Virus record (IMG/VR): IMGVR_UViG_3300044667_000048
Span: 1 to 35,115 of that record
Direction: 5' to 3' (one strand)
DNA length: 35,115 nucleotides
Source of the DNA: a virus
Lineage: Duplodnaviria > Caudoviricetes
The number at the start of each line of letters is the position of its first letter. The stretch's first letter is position 1. The translations under genes were made by a program, and so were the position numbers. Below, one piece after another: positions 8,725-16,341 of the stretch. The notes beneath the pieces were generated by a model. That model worked only from the letters and a program-made list of their open reading frames with translations. It was not told where the DNA came from and searched no databases.

Positions 8725-9500
8725 GCGCTTCTCCTGATGGTCCTGAGCGCGGAGCGCACGGTACGAAGGGCCTCGCGCTCGTCGAGGCCGATGGACTTGG
8801 CGACGGTCACCAGCTCGTCGAGGTCGTGTTCACTCGCGCCGTTCTCCAGCGCTCGGCAGCACGCCCAGTAGAGCGAGGCGTTCCTGTTGCCCTCGCCCTG
8901 TCGGGACAGCCACGCGGCCAGGCCAGGGACGCCCGTTCCAATAGCTTCCCGGCGCCGGGAAGCTATGTCCGCGGCAGGCTTAGGCGGGTCGAGTAGCTGC
9001 TTGACCGCACCCCAATTGAGCATGGCCGTACCGGTGCCCTTGTGGACGAGCGTGTACGGTCTGCCGTTGACCTCGGAGCCGGGGGCGAGCACGTACCCGC
9101 CTCGGGCCTTCCAATCGATGTGGTGCGCCTTGAGCTTCCCGCACGGCTGGGAGCTGCCGGCGACGTACACGTGCATGCCGCCGCGCGGGGTGGTGACGAC
9201 CGCGAGCGGTTCGGGGACGAGCCCGGCCCGCTTCAACCTGTTGAACGCCGGGTAGCCGGAACCCTTCTGCGTCACGTCGACGTCGAGCACGTCGAACGTG
9301 GCGGCCCCGGTAGGGATCGCAACGTTCGCGTTCGGGTGCCACGTCCACCAGCGGCGGGCGTGCTCAACATCGAGGGTCGCGTCGAGGAAGCCGCGGGGAA
9401 CGAGGCGGCCAAGCGGCGCCTTGCCTCCGGGCTCGCACGGGAACACCGGCCAGCCCCGTTCGATGTAGGCCAGGGCGGCGGCCATTCTGGTGCGGGTCAT
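8721..9500 (-). CDS. Bifunctional DNA primase/polymerase (prim-pol with PriCT-like C-terminus)
   Basis: GWPVFPC..GKAP, DVLDVD, TPRGGMHVY, GGYVLAPGS, EGNRNASLY. Confidence 0.93.
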   Translation of the reverse strand: MTRTRMAAALAYIERGWPVFPCEPGGKAPLGRLVPRGFLDATLDVEHARRWWTWHPNANVAIPTGAATFDVLDVDVTQKGSGYPAFNRLKRAGLVPEPLAVVTTPRGGMHVYVAGSSQPCGKLKAHHIDWKARGGYVLAPGSEVNGRPYTLVHKGTGTAMLNWGAVKQLLDPPKPAADIASRRREAIGTGVPGLAAWLSRQGEGNRNASLYWACCRALENGASEHDLDELVTVAKSIGLDEREALRTVRSALRTIRRSA

Positions 9501-9850
9501 CAGGCGGCCCGCTTTCCGCGCCTGGTCGCGCGGGGCGCGTGTAACGCCAACTCGTATTTAGCGCCGCATCGGGCGGTGCGCCAGACGAGCGCGGGGGCGT
9601 TGCCGCGAAGCCTGTGGTTGTGCCAGTCGCCGCATTCGCATGGCTGGTCGAGGACCACGAGCGTGGTCACGGTGCCCCAGGCCGGCGGGTAAGCGGTGGC
9701 GCTCCGAACGATGGGCAGCTGCCCGACGAACTTCCGCTTGTCGGACGTACGCGCTATGGTCGAGGTGTCTTCGGCGGCCTTGTGGTCGTTTCTGGCCCTG
9801 GCGGGAGCTGCAACTCCCCCGGGGCCGTTTTGCGTCTTCGGCTTGTTCAT
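9500..9850 (-). CDS. Hypothetical Cys/His protein (116 aa, MNKPKTQ...)
   Basis: TAATG overlap with the upstream gene; CECGDWHNH...C motif; contains a TTA codon at 9542-9544. Confidence 0.7.
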   Translation of the reverse strand: MNKPKTQNGPGGVAAPARARNDHKAAEDTSTIARTSDKRKFVGQLPIVRSATAYPPAWGTVTTLVVLDQPCECGDWHNHRLRGNAPALVWRTARCGAKYELALHAPRATRRGKRAA

Positions 9851-10056
9851 TACGCAGCACCGCCGACGTACCGAGAGTTCTCCCAGTCGATGACATCGGA
9901 CAGCTTGTAGCTGCAGACTCGGCCGATCTTCATGTACTTCGGGCCAGTGCGGGAGCTGTTCCACCGGTAGACGGTCCACACGGTGACGTTGTGGCGCTCG
10001 GCCAGTTCCTCGATGCTCAGGTGCTTCTCCAGCGGAGGCATGGAGATACGTGCCAT
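9850..10056 (-). CDS. AlpA/excisionase-like HTH protein (68 aa)
   Basis: LSIEELAER..VTVWTVYRW...GPKYMKIGR..Y..SDV..W; divergent from the repressor. Confidence 0.88.
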   Translation of the reverse strand: MARISMPPLEKHLSIEELAERHNVTVWTVYRWNSSRTGPKYMKIGRVCSYKLSDVIDWENSRYVGGAA

Positions 10057-10176
10057 GACTGAACTCCTTTAGTTCAAGTCGCACATATAACAGTGACAGC
10101 AGGAGACTAGCGCTCACTGGCGAAGTTTGGCAATATTGGACGCGACTTGAACTGAATTAGTGACATGGAGAACTAA
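10057..10176. promoter_or_regulatory. Divergent switch region with operator-like inverted repeat
   Basis: AT-rich; perfect 12-bp inverted repeat AGTTCAAGTCGC (10071-10082) / GCGACTTGAACT (10142-10153); AGTGACA at 10093 and 10159. Confidence 0.65.
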
Positions 10177-10839
10177 GTGGGCAACGCCGAGCGGCCTAGC
10201 GATGTGCTGGCGCGACAGGTGAAGTACTGGCGTACGCGGCGGAAGCTCTCAGCTCAGGCGCTTGCGGATCGCATCGCCGAGGATCAGGGCACTCTCGACC
10301 GGCCGGCTATCTTCAAGATCGAGAACGGCAAGCGCGGCGTAAGCGTCGAGGAGTGGCTACAACTCGCCTACGCCTTGGCGGTCCCGCCCGCCTTGCTGTT
10401 CCTCGACCTGGCGCGCGGCGACCAAGTTGCGGTCGTGCCCGGCGCCGAGATTCACCCGTGGCTCGCCTGGCAGTGGGTGGCCGGCGAGAGTGAGCCCATC
10501 ACCACAAACCGCCGCGGGAAGCGCACGTCCGAATGGCTGGAAGCACGGCGCTACGTCCGCACGTACGAGCGCGAGGTCGAGGCGTCTGCAGCCGTCCATA
10601 AGGCCTACAGCCGACTGGCTGATGCCGAGTTCACGGGCAAGCCCGAGGAGATCCAGGACGCCCGGGGAAAGCAGGTGGAAGCCCTACGCAACCTCGCGGC
10701 CATCTTCGACGAGATGGTCGAGCTGGAGATGAGCCCTCCCGGAAAGCCGCGTGACTGGGTCGAGATCATGCGGAGCCTGAACATGCTCAAGTACCCCGAC
10801 GCGGTCGAGATCTTCGAGCCAGACGACGACGAGGAGTGA
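10177..10839 (+). CDS. XRE-family HTH repressor (220 aa)
   Basis: RTRRKLSAQALADRI...IFKIENGKRGVSVEEWLQLAYALAV; upstream of the integrase. Confidence 0.9.
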   Translation: MGNAERPSDVLARQVKYWRTRRKLSAQALADRIAEDQGTLDRPAIFKIENGKRGVSVEEWLQLAYALAVPPALLFLDLARGDQVAVVPGAEIHPWLAWQWVAGESEPITTNRRGKRTSEWLEARRYVRTYEREVEASAAVHKAYSRLADAEFTGKPEEIQDARGKQVEALRNLAAIFDEMVELEMSPPGKPRDWVEIMRSLNMLKYPDAVEIFEPDDDEE

Positions 10840-10842
10840 GCC

Positions 10843-12018
10843 ATGGCCCGGGTGAGGGATCTTTGGTACACGAATGGCAAGGACGCTGACGGGAATCTGA
10901 TCAAGGTCCCCACCAAGCGGCATCCCGACCATGGGGGCAGCAAGACCGCTAAGCGGTGGCTCGCATGCTGGTTCGGTCCTACCGGGAAGGAGGAGACCAA
11001 GGCGTTCGCGGTCAAGACGCAGGCCGCCAACCACGCCACCACGATGGAGGCCGATCGACTCCGCGGTGTGTACGTCGATCCGAAGCAGGGCCAACAGAAG
11101 CTGCAGGAGTACGGCGAGGCTCGATGGCTGCCCGCGCAGCTTCACCTCCGGCCGAACTCGGTTGAGCTGTACGGCCAGCACTTACGCAAGCACATCTATC
11201 CCCGGCTCGGAGGCCGGCGCATCGCCACCTTGACGCGGGCCGACATGAAGGCGTTCGTTACAGCCATCTCTTCCGTGCTAGCGCCGACCACCGTGAGTAC
11301 GGTGTTCTCGGTCCTGCGCGCCTTGATGAACTCGGCGGTCGACGATGGGGTGATACCTGCCAACCCGTGTACCCGCGTCCCGCTCCCCCGCACCGAAGCG
11401 CGCGTCGTTGAACCCCTTCCAGGGCAGGCGATCCTCGACCTCGTCGAGGCCATCACCCCTCGATACAGGCTCGCGGTGTGGCTGGGTGCCGGCCTTGGGC
11501 TGCGTGAAGGTGAAGCACTCGGATTGACGCTCGCACGCGTCGACTTCCTGCGCCGCAAGGTTGAGGTGCGCTACCAGCTCCAGCGCGGCAAGCTGGTCGA
11601 GCTCAAGACGCGAGCGTCCAAGCGCACCCTGCCAGCAGACGACCTGGTGTTGACACAGATCTCCGCGCACATGCAGCAGTGGAAGCCGGGCCCTAGTGAT
11701 CTCCTGATCACGAATCGGTCCAACAAGCCGGTCGGACGGTCGGCGTTCTGGGAGTGCTGGCGGAAGGCCGTCGAGGCGGCCGGCCTGCCCAAGGGGACGC
11801 GCTTCCATGACCTTCGGCACTGCTACGCATCCACGTTGATCGCGGCCAACATCGGGCCGAAGGTGATCCAAAGTCGGCTAGGCCACGCCAAGATCGCCGA
11901 GACGTTCGACACGTACGGACACCTGTTCCCGGACGATGAGGACCTTGGTCGCGGAGCCATCGAAACCATGATCGGTAAGGCTATGGCGGAACAGGAACGG
12001 AACAGAGCGGCTGAGTGA
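10843..12018 (+). CDS. int: Tyrosine integrase (391 aa)
   Basis: Catalytic motifs GLREGE, HDLRH and LGH...TFDTYGHL. Confidence 0.97.
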   Translation: MARVRDLWYTNGKDADGNLIKVPTKRHPDHGGSKTAKRWLACWFGPTGKEETKAFAVKTQAANHATTMEADRLRGVYVDPKQGQQKLQEYGEARWLPAQLHLRPNSVELYGQHLRKHIYPRLGGRRIATLTRADMKAFVTAISSVLAPTTVSTVFSVLRALMNSAVDDGVIPANPCTRVPLPRTEARVVEPLPGQAILDLVEAITPRYRLAVWLGAGLGLREGEALGLTLARVDFLRRKVEVRYQLQRGKLVELKTRASKRTLPADDLVLTQISAHMQQWKPGPSDLLITNRSNKPVGRSAFWECWRKAVEAAGLPKGTRFHDLRHCYASTLIAANIGPKVIQSRLGHAKIAETFDTYGHLFPDDEDLGRGAIETMIGKAMAEQERNRAAE

Positions 12019-12203
12019 CCGCGTTTGCCCTGGTCGCGAGGATGAGTGTAGACGAGTCGGCCTGTAGGCCGGGTTCTGCTCACCCCGGCCTTCTGACCTG
12101 CCGATAGACCATCGGCAGGTCCTCTGACCTGCATAAACGTTTGCCGTCGTTTAGCTGTGACTAGCTGGTTCTGGAACCCTGGCACGGAACAGAGACGGAA
12201 CAG
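11987..12203. other. attP-like site: core flanked by paired arm-type repeats
   Basis: CGGAACAG at 11987 and 11998 and at 12185 and 12196 (11-bp period on both sides); 11-bp inverted repeat at 12095-12121. Confidence 0.75.
12050..12078 (-). ncRNA. rnpB: 3'-terminal fragment of RNase P RNA used as att core (not an intact gene)
   Basis: Minus strand reads CAGAACCCGGCCTACAGGCCGACTCGTCT, matching the conserved CAGAACCCGGCnUA of CR-V/P4 plus the 3' strand of P1. The upstream sequence is not rnpB-like. Confidence 0.75.
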
Positions 12204-12205
12204 GC

Positions 12206-12427
12206 TCAGTCGACGGAACGCGGCGCCTCCCCCACGCCCGCATCACGGCAGATCTTTCGGACGCTCTCGCGCGTGTAGCCGGTCGCCTTCACGATGTCCA
12301 CCTGGCGCATGCCGGCGCGGGCCGCCTCGACGATGAGGTCCGCTAGCGCCTGCCGGGCAGCCTCGGCGCGCTTCTGGGCCTCGGCGTACACCCCTGCCGC
12401 CTCTTCAAGCTGTCCCTGCGTAGTCAT
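12206..12427 (-). CDS. Small HTH DNA-binding protein (73 aa)
   Basis: AGMRQVDIVKATGYTRESVRKICR; ATG 12427 chosen over the longer track start. Confidence 0.8.
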   Translation of the reverse strand: MTTQGQLEEAAGVYAEAQKRAEAARQALADLIVEAARAGMRQVDIVKATGYTRESVRKICRDAGVGEAPRSVD

Positions 12428-12449
12428 GCCTTCTATGGTGGCATAGATC

Positions 12450-12510
12450 TCTGGCCAATCAAGTTGGCCAACCCTATTGACAACGCCAACCCGGTAGGCC
12501 AATATAGGTG
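12450..12510 (+). promoter_or_regulatory. Sigma70-like promoter with GGCCAA operator repeats
   Basis: TTGACA (12477)-N17-CAATAT (12500); GGCCAA at 12453, 12466 (within the TTGGCCAA palindrome) and 12497. Confidence 0.6.
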
Positions 12511-12543
12511 ACACAAGCAAGACGGACCGACCAGGGAGACGAG

Positions 12544-12732
12544 ATGCAGGTTCTGGCCAAGGGCAGCCGAGTCGAGTACCACGACCCCGCGTACGGGCAG
12601 GGCACGATCCTCCGGGCCCGCATCGACGGCAAGGGCGAGGACGCCGAGGCCGAATACCTGATCCGCTGGGACAACGACCCCGACCAGGAGGGCCCCACCT
12701 GGTCCTGGTGGATGGAGATCAACGCCCTGTAG
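12544..12732 (+). CDS. Small hypothetical protein (62 aa), possibly SH3-like beta fold
   Basis: GGGAG RBS; KGSRVEYHDPAYGQGTI...YLIRWD. Confidence 0.7.
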   Translation: MQVLAKGSRVEYHDPAYGQGTILRARIDGKGEDAEAEYLIRWDNDPDQEGPTWSWWMEINAL

Positions 12733-12901
12733 GACCTGGCCCCCGGGAGGGGACCCAAGCCCCGCCGGGTGCCCTACATGGGCACCCAGGAGCAACATCC
12801 GGGAGCGATGCCTGGGCGGGGCACGCAAGACGGACGGGCCCGGTGGTGGAACACCGGACCCGCCCTGAGTCCCATCACCTGATCTGAGCAGGGAGAGACC
12901 T

Positions 12902-13474
12902 GTGAGCAATCACATCACGCCCGCCCCCACCCCGACCACCAAACTCCCCGAGTCCTGGGAGAAGGCCGCGCAGATCGCCGCCCAGCGCGCCGACATGAAG
13001 GTGCGTGCCGAGTACGAGGCCACCGCGCAGGCATACGACAAGCAGCGCGCCAGCGACGAGCCCGCCTACTGGCTCGCCGGCGACCCCTGCCCGGCCTGGT
13101 GCACGAACGGGCCGCTTCACAAGAGCAGCGACGGCCCTGCCGACCGCGAGCACGACAGCGACATCATGCGGCAGAGCCTCAACAGCATGCCGCCCATCAC
13201 GGCGTTCGCGGACTTCCGCGCCCCCGAGGTCACGCTGACGCTCACGAAGAAGTACCGCGAGGTCGAGGCCCGCGTCGAGATCAGCACCAGCGACCAGGAC
13301 GCCTACTTCGCGACCCTCGACGAGGCGGAGGGCTTGGCGTTCGCGCTGCTCGACCTCGTCCGGCAGGGACGCGGGCAGGAGCCGCCCAAGCTGCAGCTCT
13401 TCGACTCCACGGGCCGGTGCGTCACCCGCGAGTGCGTGACCTGCCACGCCGAAGCCGAAGGCGCGAGCGCATGA
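12902..13474 (+). CDS. DUF6907-like protein (CPxWC..H motif), 190 aa
   Basis: CPAWCT..H..DREH and TLDEAEGLAFALL. Confidence 0.8.
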   Translation: MSNHITPAPTPTTKLPESWEKAAQIAAQRADMKVRAEYEATAQAYDKQRASDEPAYWLAGDPCPAWCTNGPLHKSSDGPADREHDSDIMRQSLNSMPPITAFADFRAPEVTLTLTKKYREVEARVEISTSDQDAYFATLDEAEGLAFALLDLVRQGRGQEPPKLQLFDSTGRCVTRECVTCHAEAEGASA

Positions 13475-13818
13475 GCGCGGCCCCCAGACCGGCCGCCTGC
13501 CCGCCGTGGTGCTCGGTGAAGCACCTTGACGCGGACCAGCGCACGGCTCACTTCAGCGCCTTCGTCCGCGTGGGTGACGGAGTCCTCAACCTCCTGCGCG
13601 TCGAGGGCAACCCCGACAAGGACACCCGCTACGGCGTGGTGCGTCTCTCGATCATCGGTGGCCTGGTGTACGAGATGACGGAGGGAGTGGCGGCGGACAC
13701 CGCCCAGCTCATGGCGCACGTCGCCGAGGCCGGCATGGACCACCCGCTGATCAAGGCGCTATGGGAGCACGCCGAACTGCTCCGCGTCGACCGCGAGGGC
13801 TCGGAGGGGAAGCAATGA
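13471..13818 (+). CDS. DUF6907-like paralog (115 aa)
   Basis: ATGA overlap; CPPWCSVKH...H. Confidence 0.75.
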   Translation: MSAAPRPAACPPWCSVKHLDADQRTAHFSAFVRVGDGVLNLLRVEGNPDKDTRYGVVRLSIIGGLVYEMTEGVAADTAQLMAHVAEAGMDHPLIKALWEHAELLRVDREGSEGKQ

Positions 13819-14144
13819 GCAGCACTGCCACCGTCTCCTTGGACGAGTTCCACGGCGCGATCGCCCACCTCGGGCTTGCGGTGCCGCGTACGCCGCGCTG
13901 TAAGCCGTGGTGCGTCGTGCACTGCCGGTTCGACGACAACACCACGTTCTGTATGGGGCGCGACATCGTCGTGCCGGTCGTCCCCAGCGGGTATGTCGGC
14001 ATCACCTACTGCCCGGAGGAGGGCGGACAGCCCCACATCGACCTCGGGCACGGAACGGACTCCGCCACCGTAGAAGAGGCCGAGGCGTACGCGCTCGCCA
14101 TCCTCGCTCAGGTCGCCAAGGCGCGCGAGCAGGACAGCTTCTAG
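13815..14144 (+). CDS. DUF6907-like paralog (109 aa)
   Basis: ATGA overlap; CKPWCVVH and TVEEAEAYALAIL. Confidence 0.75.
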   Translation: MSSTATVSLDEFHGAIAHLGLAVPRTPRCKPWCVVHCRFDDNTTFCMGRDIVVPVVPSGYVGITYCPEEGGQPHIDLGHGTDSATVEEAEAYALAILAQVAKAREQDSF

Positions 14145-14166
14145 GGCCTTGGCCCCCCATCTCGAC

Positions 14167-14206
14167 AACCGCCGTCGTGCCACTCCGGTGCGGCGGCGGT
14201 TCTTTT
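14167..14206 (+). terminator. Intrinsic terminator
   Basis: AACCGCCGTCGTGCC-loop-GGTGCGGCGGCGGTT followed by CTTTT, after the operon. Confidence 0.7.
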
Positions 14207-14244
14207 GGTTCCCTTGCCGTTCCCCGGACGGTTCTCGGCGGCGT

Positions 14245-15140
14245 CATGGACGCGACCAACTCGGCGACCGGTCACGGTCGGATTCGTGGTCACGGACGAG
14301 GTCACATACCTGGTCGCGTAGTTTCCGCGTCCACGCAGGTCAAGCAGCATATTTCGGTTTCATTCCGGGTTTCGATTTGGACGCGACCGGCGACCGTGGA
14401 CGCGACCGGTTCGTGACCCTCAGCGTGTCCCTGTTCGTGACACATCACCGGCGCCGGCGCTGACACTTTGTGGTCGCGGGTTGGACGCGACCAACAGTAG
14501 GAACCGCCGGCAGCATCCGCGCGAGGTCTGACACTTCACCGCGTGATCGCGCCCCGACCGGTACACCCCGGTACGACCGCAGTCGAGTCGTCGGCATAGC
14601 GATCCGAGAGTGTCATGCTGACACTCTCCAGCCCTTGGGAGCGAGTTAGATGCGGGGTTACGTCGGCGATCCGGGGTTACTTTCGTAACCAGGCCCGTGC
14701 GCCCACCTAACTCCGCCTCTGGCCTGCGACGAGTTAGCCGAGTTAGGTCCCAGCGCCGAGTTAGGGAGGGAGGCTCGAACGCCCTCCAGAGCGTGTTTTC
14801 GAGGGGGCCGCGCCACCTAACTAACTCTCGCTCCCCCGCCTCCCTGCAGGGAGGTTTGCAGGTCATCATGAGGGAGGCGGCCAGGGAGGCGCGGAGGGAG
14901 TTCTCCCTGACTCTCTGACCGCCTCCCTGCCCTCCGAGGGCCGCTAGGGAGCCGCTAGACCTAGCACTGGAGCCGCGTGGCCTAGCGGCCCTGCAAGGGC
15001 CGTCCGCTTGGCCCCTAGCGGCCTAGCGGGAGGCGTCTAGGGAAGGGTCTAGCCCTAGACGGGAAGGGTCTAGGAGCTAGACGCGAGGTCTAGGAAACTA
15101 GGGCCCTCGGAAGTGGAAGAACGTGGCCCTAGACGGCCTA
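14245..15140. repeat. Non-coding array of consecutive, different short-repeat modules
   Basis: TGGACGCGACC x4; CTGACACT x3; CGGGGTTAC x2; CGAGTTAG x4 plus inverse copies; AGGGAGG/CCTCCCT cluster; CCGCTAG/CTAGCGG; GTCTAG/CTAGAC (14 CTAG in about 190 bp). Confidence 0.9.
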
Positions 15141-15211
15141 AAAGGGGGCCGCCGCTACCCGCTGGATAGAGCCTGCTGTAGCGCTCCAAGAGGGCACACC
15201 GATACCTCTGC

Positions 15212-15616
15212 ATGAATCCTCAGCAGCCCCCGCAGCAGCCGTGGCAGCAGGCCCCCCAGTCGCCGCCGCCCGCATACGGGCCACCCCCGCAGCAGCCCCA
15301 GCAACCCGGCCCGCACGGGTACGGGCCCCCACCACACCCGGCGTACGTCTACCCTCAGCCGCCGCCGTGGGCCTCCAAGCACAACGGGTTCGGGATCGCC
15401 GGCCTCGTGTGCGGGATCATCGCTGTGGTGATGCCGGTCGTGTCCGCCACTTTGGTCATGTTCGTCGGCCTGGCCGCAGTCATCCTGTCCGGTGTTGGGC
15501 TAACCAAGGCGAAGATCGGTACCGCGAACAACCGGGGCATGTCTCGGTTCGGTATGGCCCTGGGGCTGATCGCCCTCATCGGCGGCTTCGTCCTCGCCGG
15601 CGTGTACAAGCTGTGA
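15212..15616 (+). CDS. Pro/Gln-rich membrane protein, DUF4190-like (134 aa)
   Basis: PQ-rich N-terminus, then NGFGIAGLVCGII and two to three hydrophobic helices. Confidence 0.82.
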   Translation: MNPQQPPQQPWQQAPQSPPPAYGPPPQQPQQPGPHGYGPPPHPAYVYPQPPPWASKHNGFGIAGLVCGIIAVVMPVVSATLVMFVGLAAVILSGVGLTKAKIGTANNRGMSRFGMALGLIALIGGFVLAGVYKL

Positions 15617-15647
15617 GCGAACTCCTCGCGTCACGCGAGGAGTTCAG

Positions 15648-15932
15648 CTAGTCCTCTGACGGCCATTCCTCTACAGGCCGTACGAAAGTCCCCTTCGCGG
15701 GCAGCGTGATCAACCAACCGCGCTCGACCAGTTCCCGAATCGCTCGCCGCACCGTGCCCAAGGCGACGCCGTAGTCACCGCTCATCTGACGTTCGCCTTC
15801 CAGCCGCGCACCGGGCGGGAGTTCGCCGGCCTTGATGCGGGCGACGACGTGGTCAGCCATGCGGACGTACACGTACTCGGCGGCGACCAGGTCAGGGTCG
15901 AACGGCTCGATCGCGGGCTTCTCGTCAGGCAC
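15648..15932 (-). CDS. GntR-family winged-HTH regulator (94 aa)
   Basis: Y.RMADHV..RIKAGELPPGARL..ER.M...YGVALGTVRRAI.EL...G......KGTFV. Confidence 0.9.
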   Translation of the reverse strand: MPDEKPAIEPFDPDLVAAEYVYVRMADHVVARIKAGELPPGARLEGERQMSGDYGVALGTVRRAIRELVERGWLITLPAKGTFVRPVEEWPSED

Positions 15933-15952
15933 AACAGCAGCCTAAAGGGGTG

Positions 15953-16018
15953 CTGAGCTGCATAAACGTGTAGGTAGCGGCATGCCGCTGTACACCGCGT
16001 CATACCGCGTCATACGAT
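15953..16018. promoter_or_regulatory. Divergent control region; probable leaderless promoter for 16025
   Basis: Palindrome AGCGGCATGCCGCT 15976-15989; tandem ACCGCGTCAT x2 at 15994-16013; TACGAT -10 box 6 nt before ATG 16025. Confidence 0.55.
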
Positions 16019-16024
16019 CCGGCC

Positions 16025-16195
16025 ATGCCCTCCGAGCCCCCTCCTCACTCTTCCGCCCCTGTGTGTGACGTGGATCGACTCAGACGAGCTGCACCCGAAA
16101 CCGAGCTGATCCGCTTCGAGCAGTGGCGCCGCCTCGCCGCGGCCCGGCTCGCGCCGCCCTCCCCCACCGAGAGACAGGCGGGTGACCTGGGATGA
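16025..16195 (+). CDS. Small hypothetical protein (56 aa)
   Basis: Manual translation MPSEPPPH...; ATGA overlap with the next gene. Confidence 0.5.
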   Translation: MPSEPPPHSSAPVCDVDRLRRAAPETELIRFEQWRRLAAARLAPPSPTERQAGDLG

Positions 16196-16341
16196 CCTTC
16201 GTGTTCTGCCTGGCCTGCGGGGCCACCGTCCAAAAGAACGCCTTCGGCGTCTGGGAGAGCGACAAGGGGTCCGTCTGCCCCCGGCGCGCGGAAGGTCACT
16301 ACGTCGAGCAGGTCGTGCCAGACCCGGAGGAGCAGGAATGA
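16192..16341 (+). CDS. Small Zn-finger-like protein (49 aa)
   Basis: MTFVFCLACG...VCPRRAEGH; ATGA overlaps at both ends. Confidence 0.6.
   Translation: MTFVFCLACGATVQKNAFGVWESDKGSVCPRRAEGHYVEQVVPDPEEQE

Noticed and set aside
9851-10117. 205-aa ORF 9500..10117
   Set aside because: The upstream part overlaps the AlpA-like gene and operator region; the real start is likely 9850.
12050-12450. Intact RNase P RNA or tRNA gene at the att site
   Set aside because: Only the last 29 nt match; no GAGGAAAGUCC motif or cloverleaf was seen nearby.
14245-15140. CRISPR array or coding sequence (ORFs 14149..14463, 14420..14869, 14697..14918)
   Set aside because: Repeats are 6-13 bp, irregularly spaced, in both orientations and change family along the region. 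There are no cas genes, and the ORFs lack RBS and codon bias.
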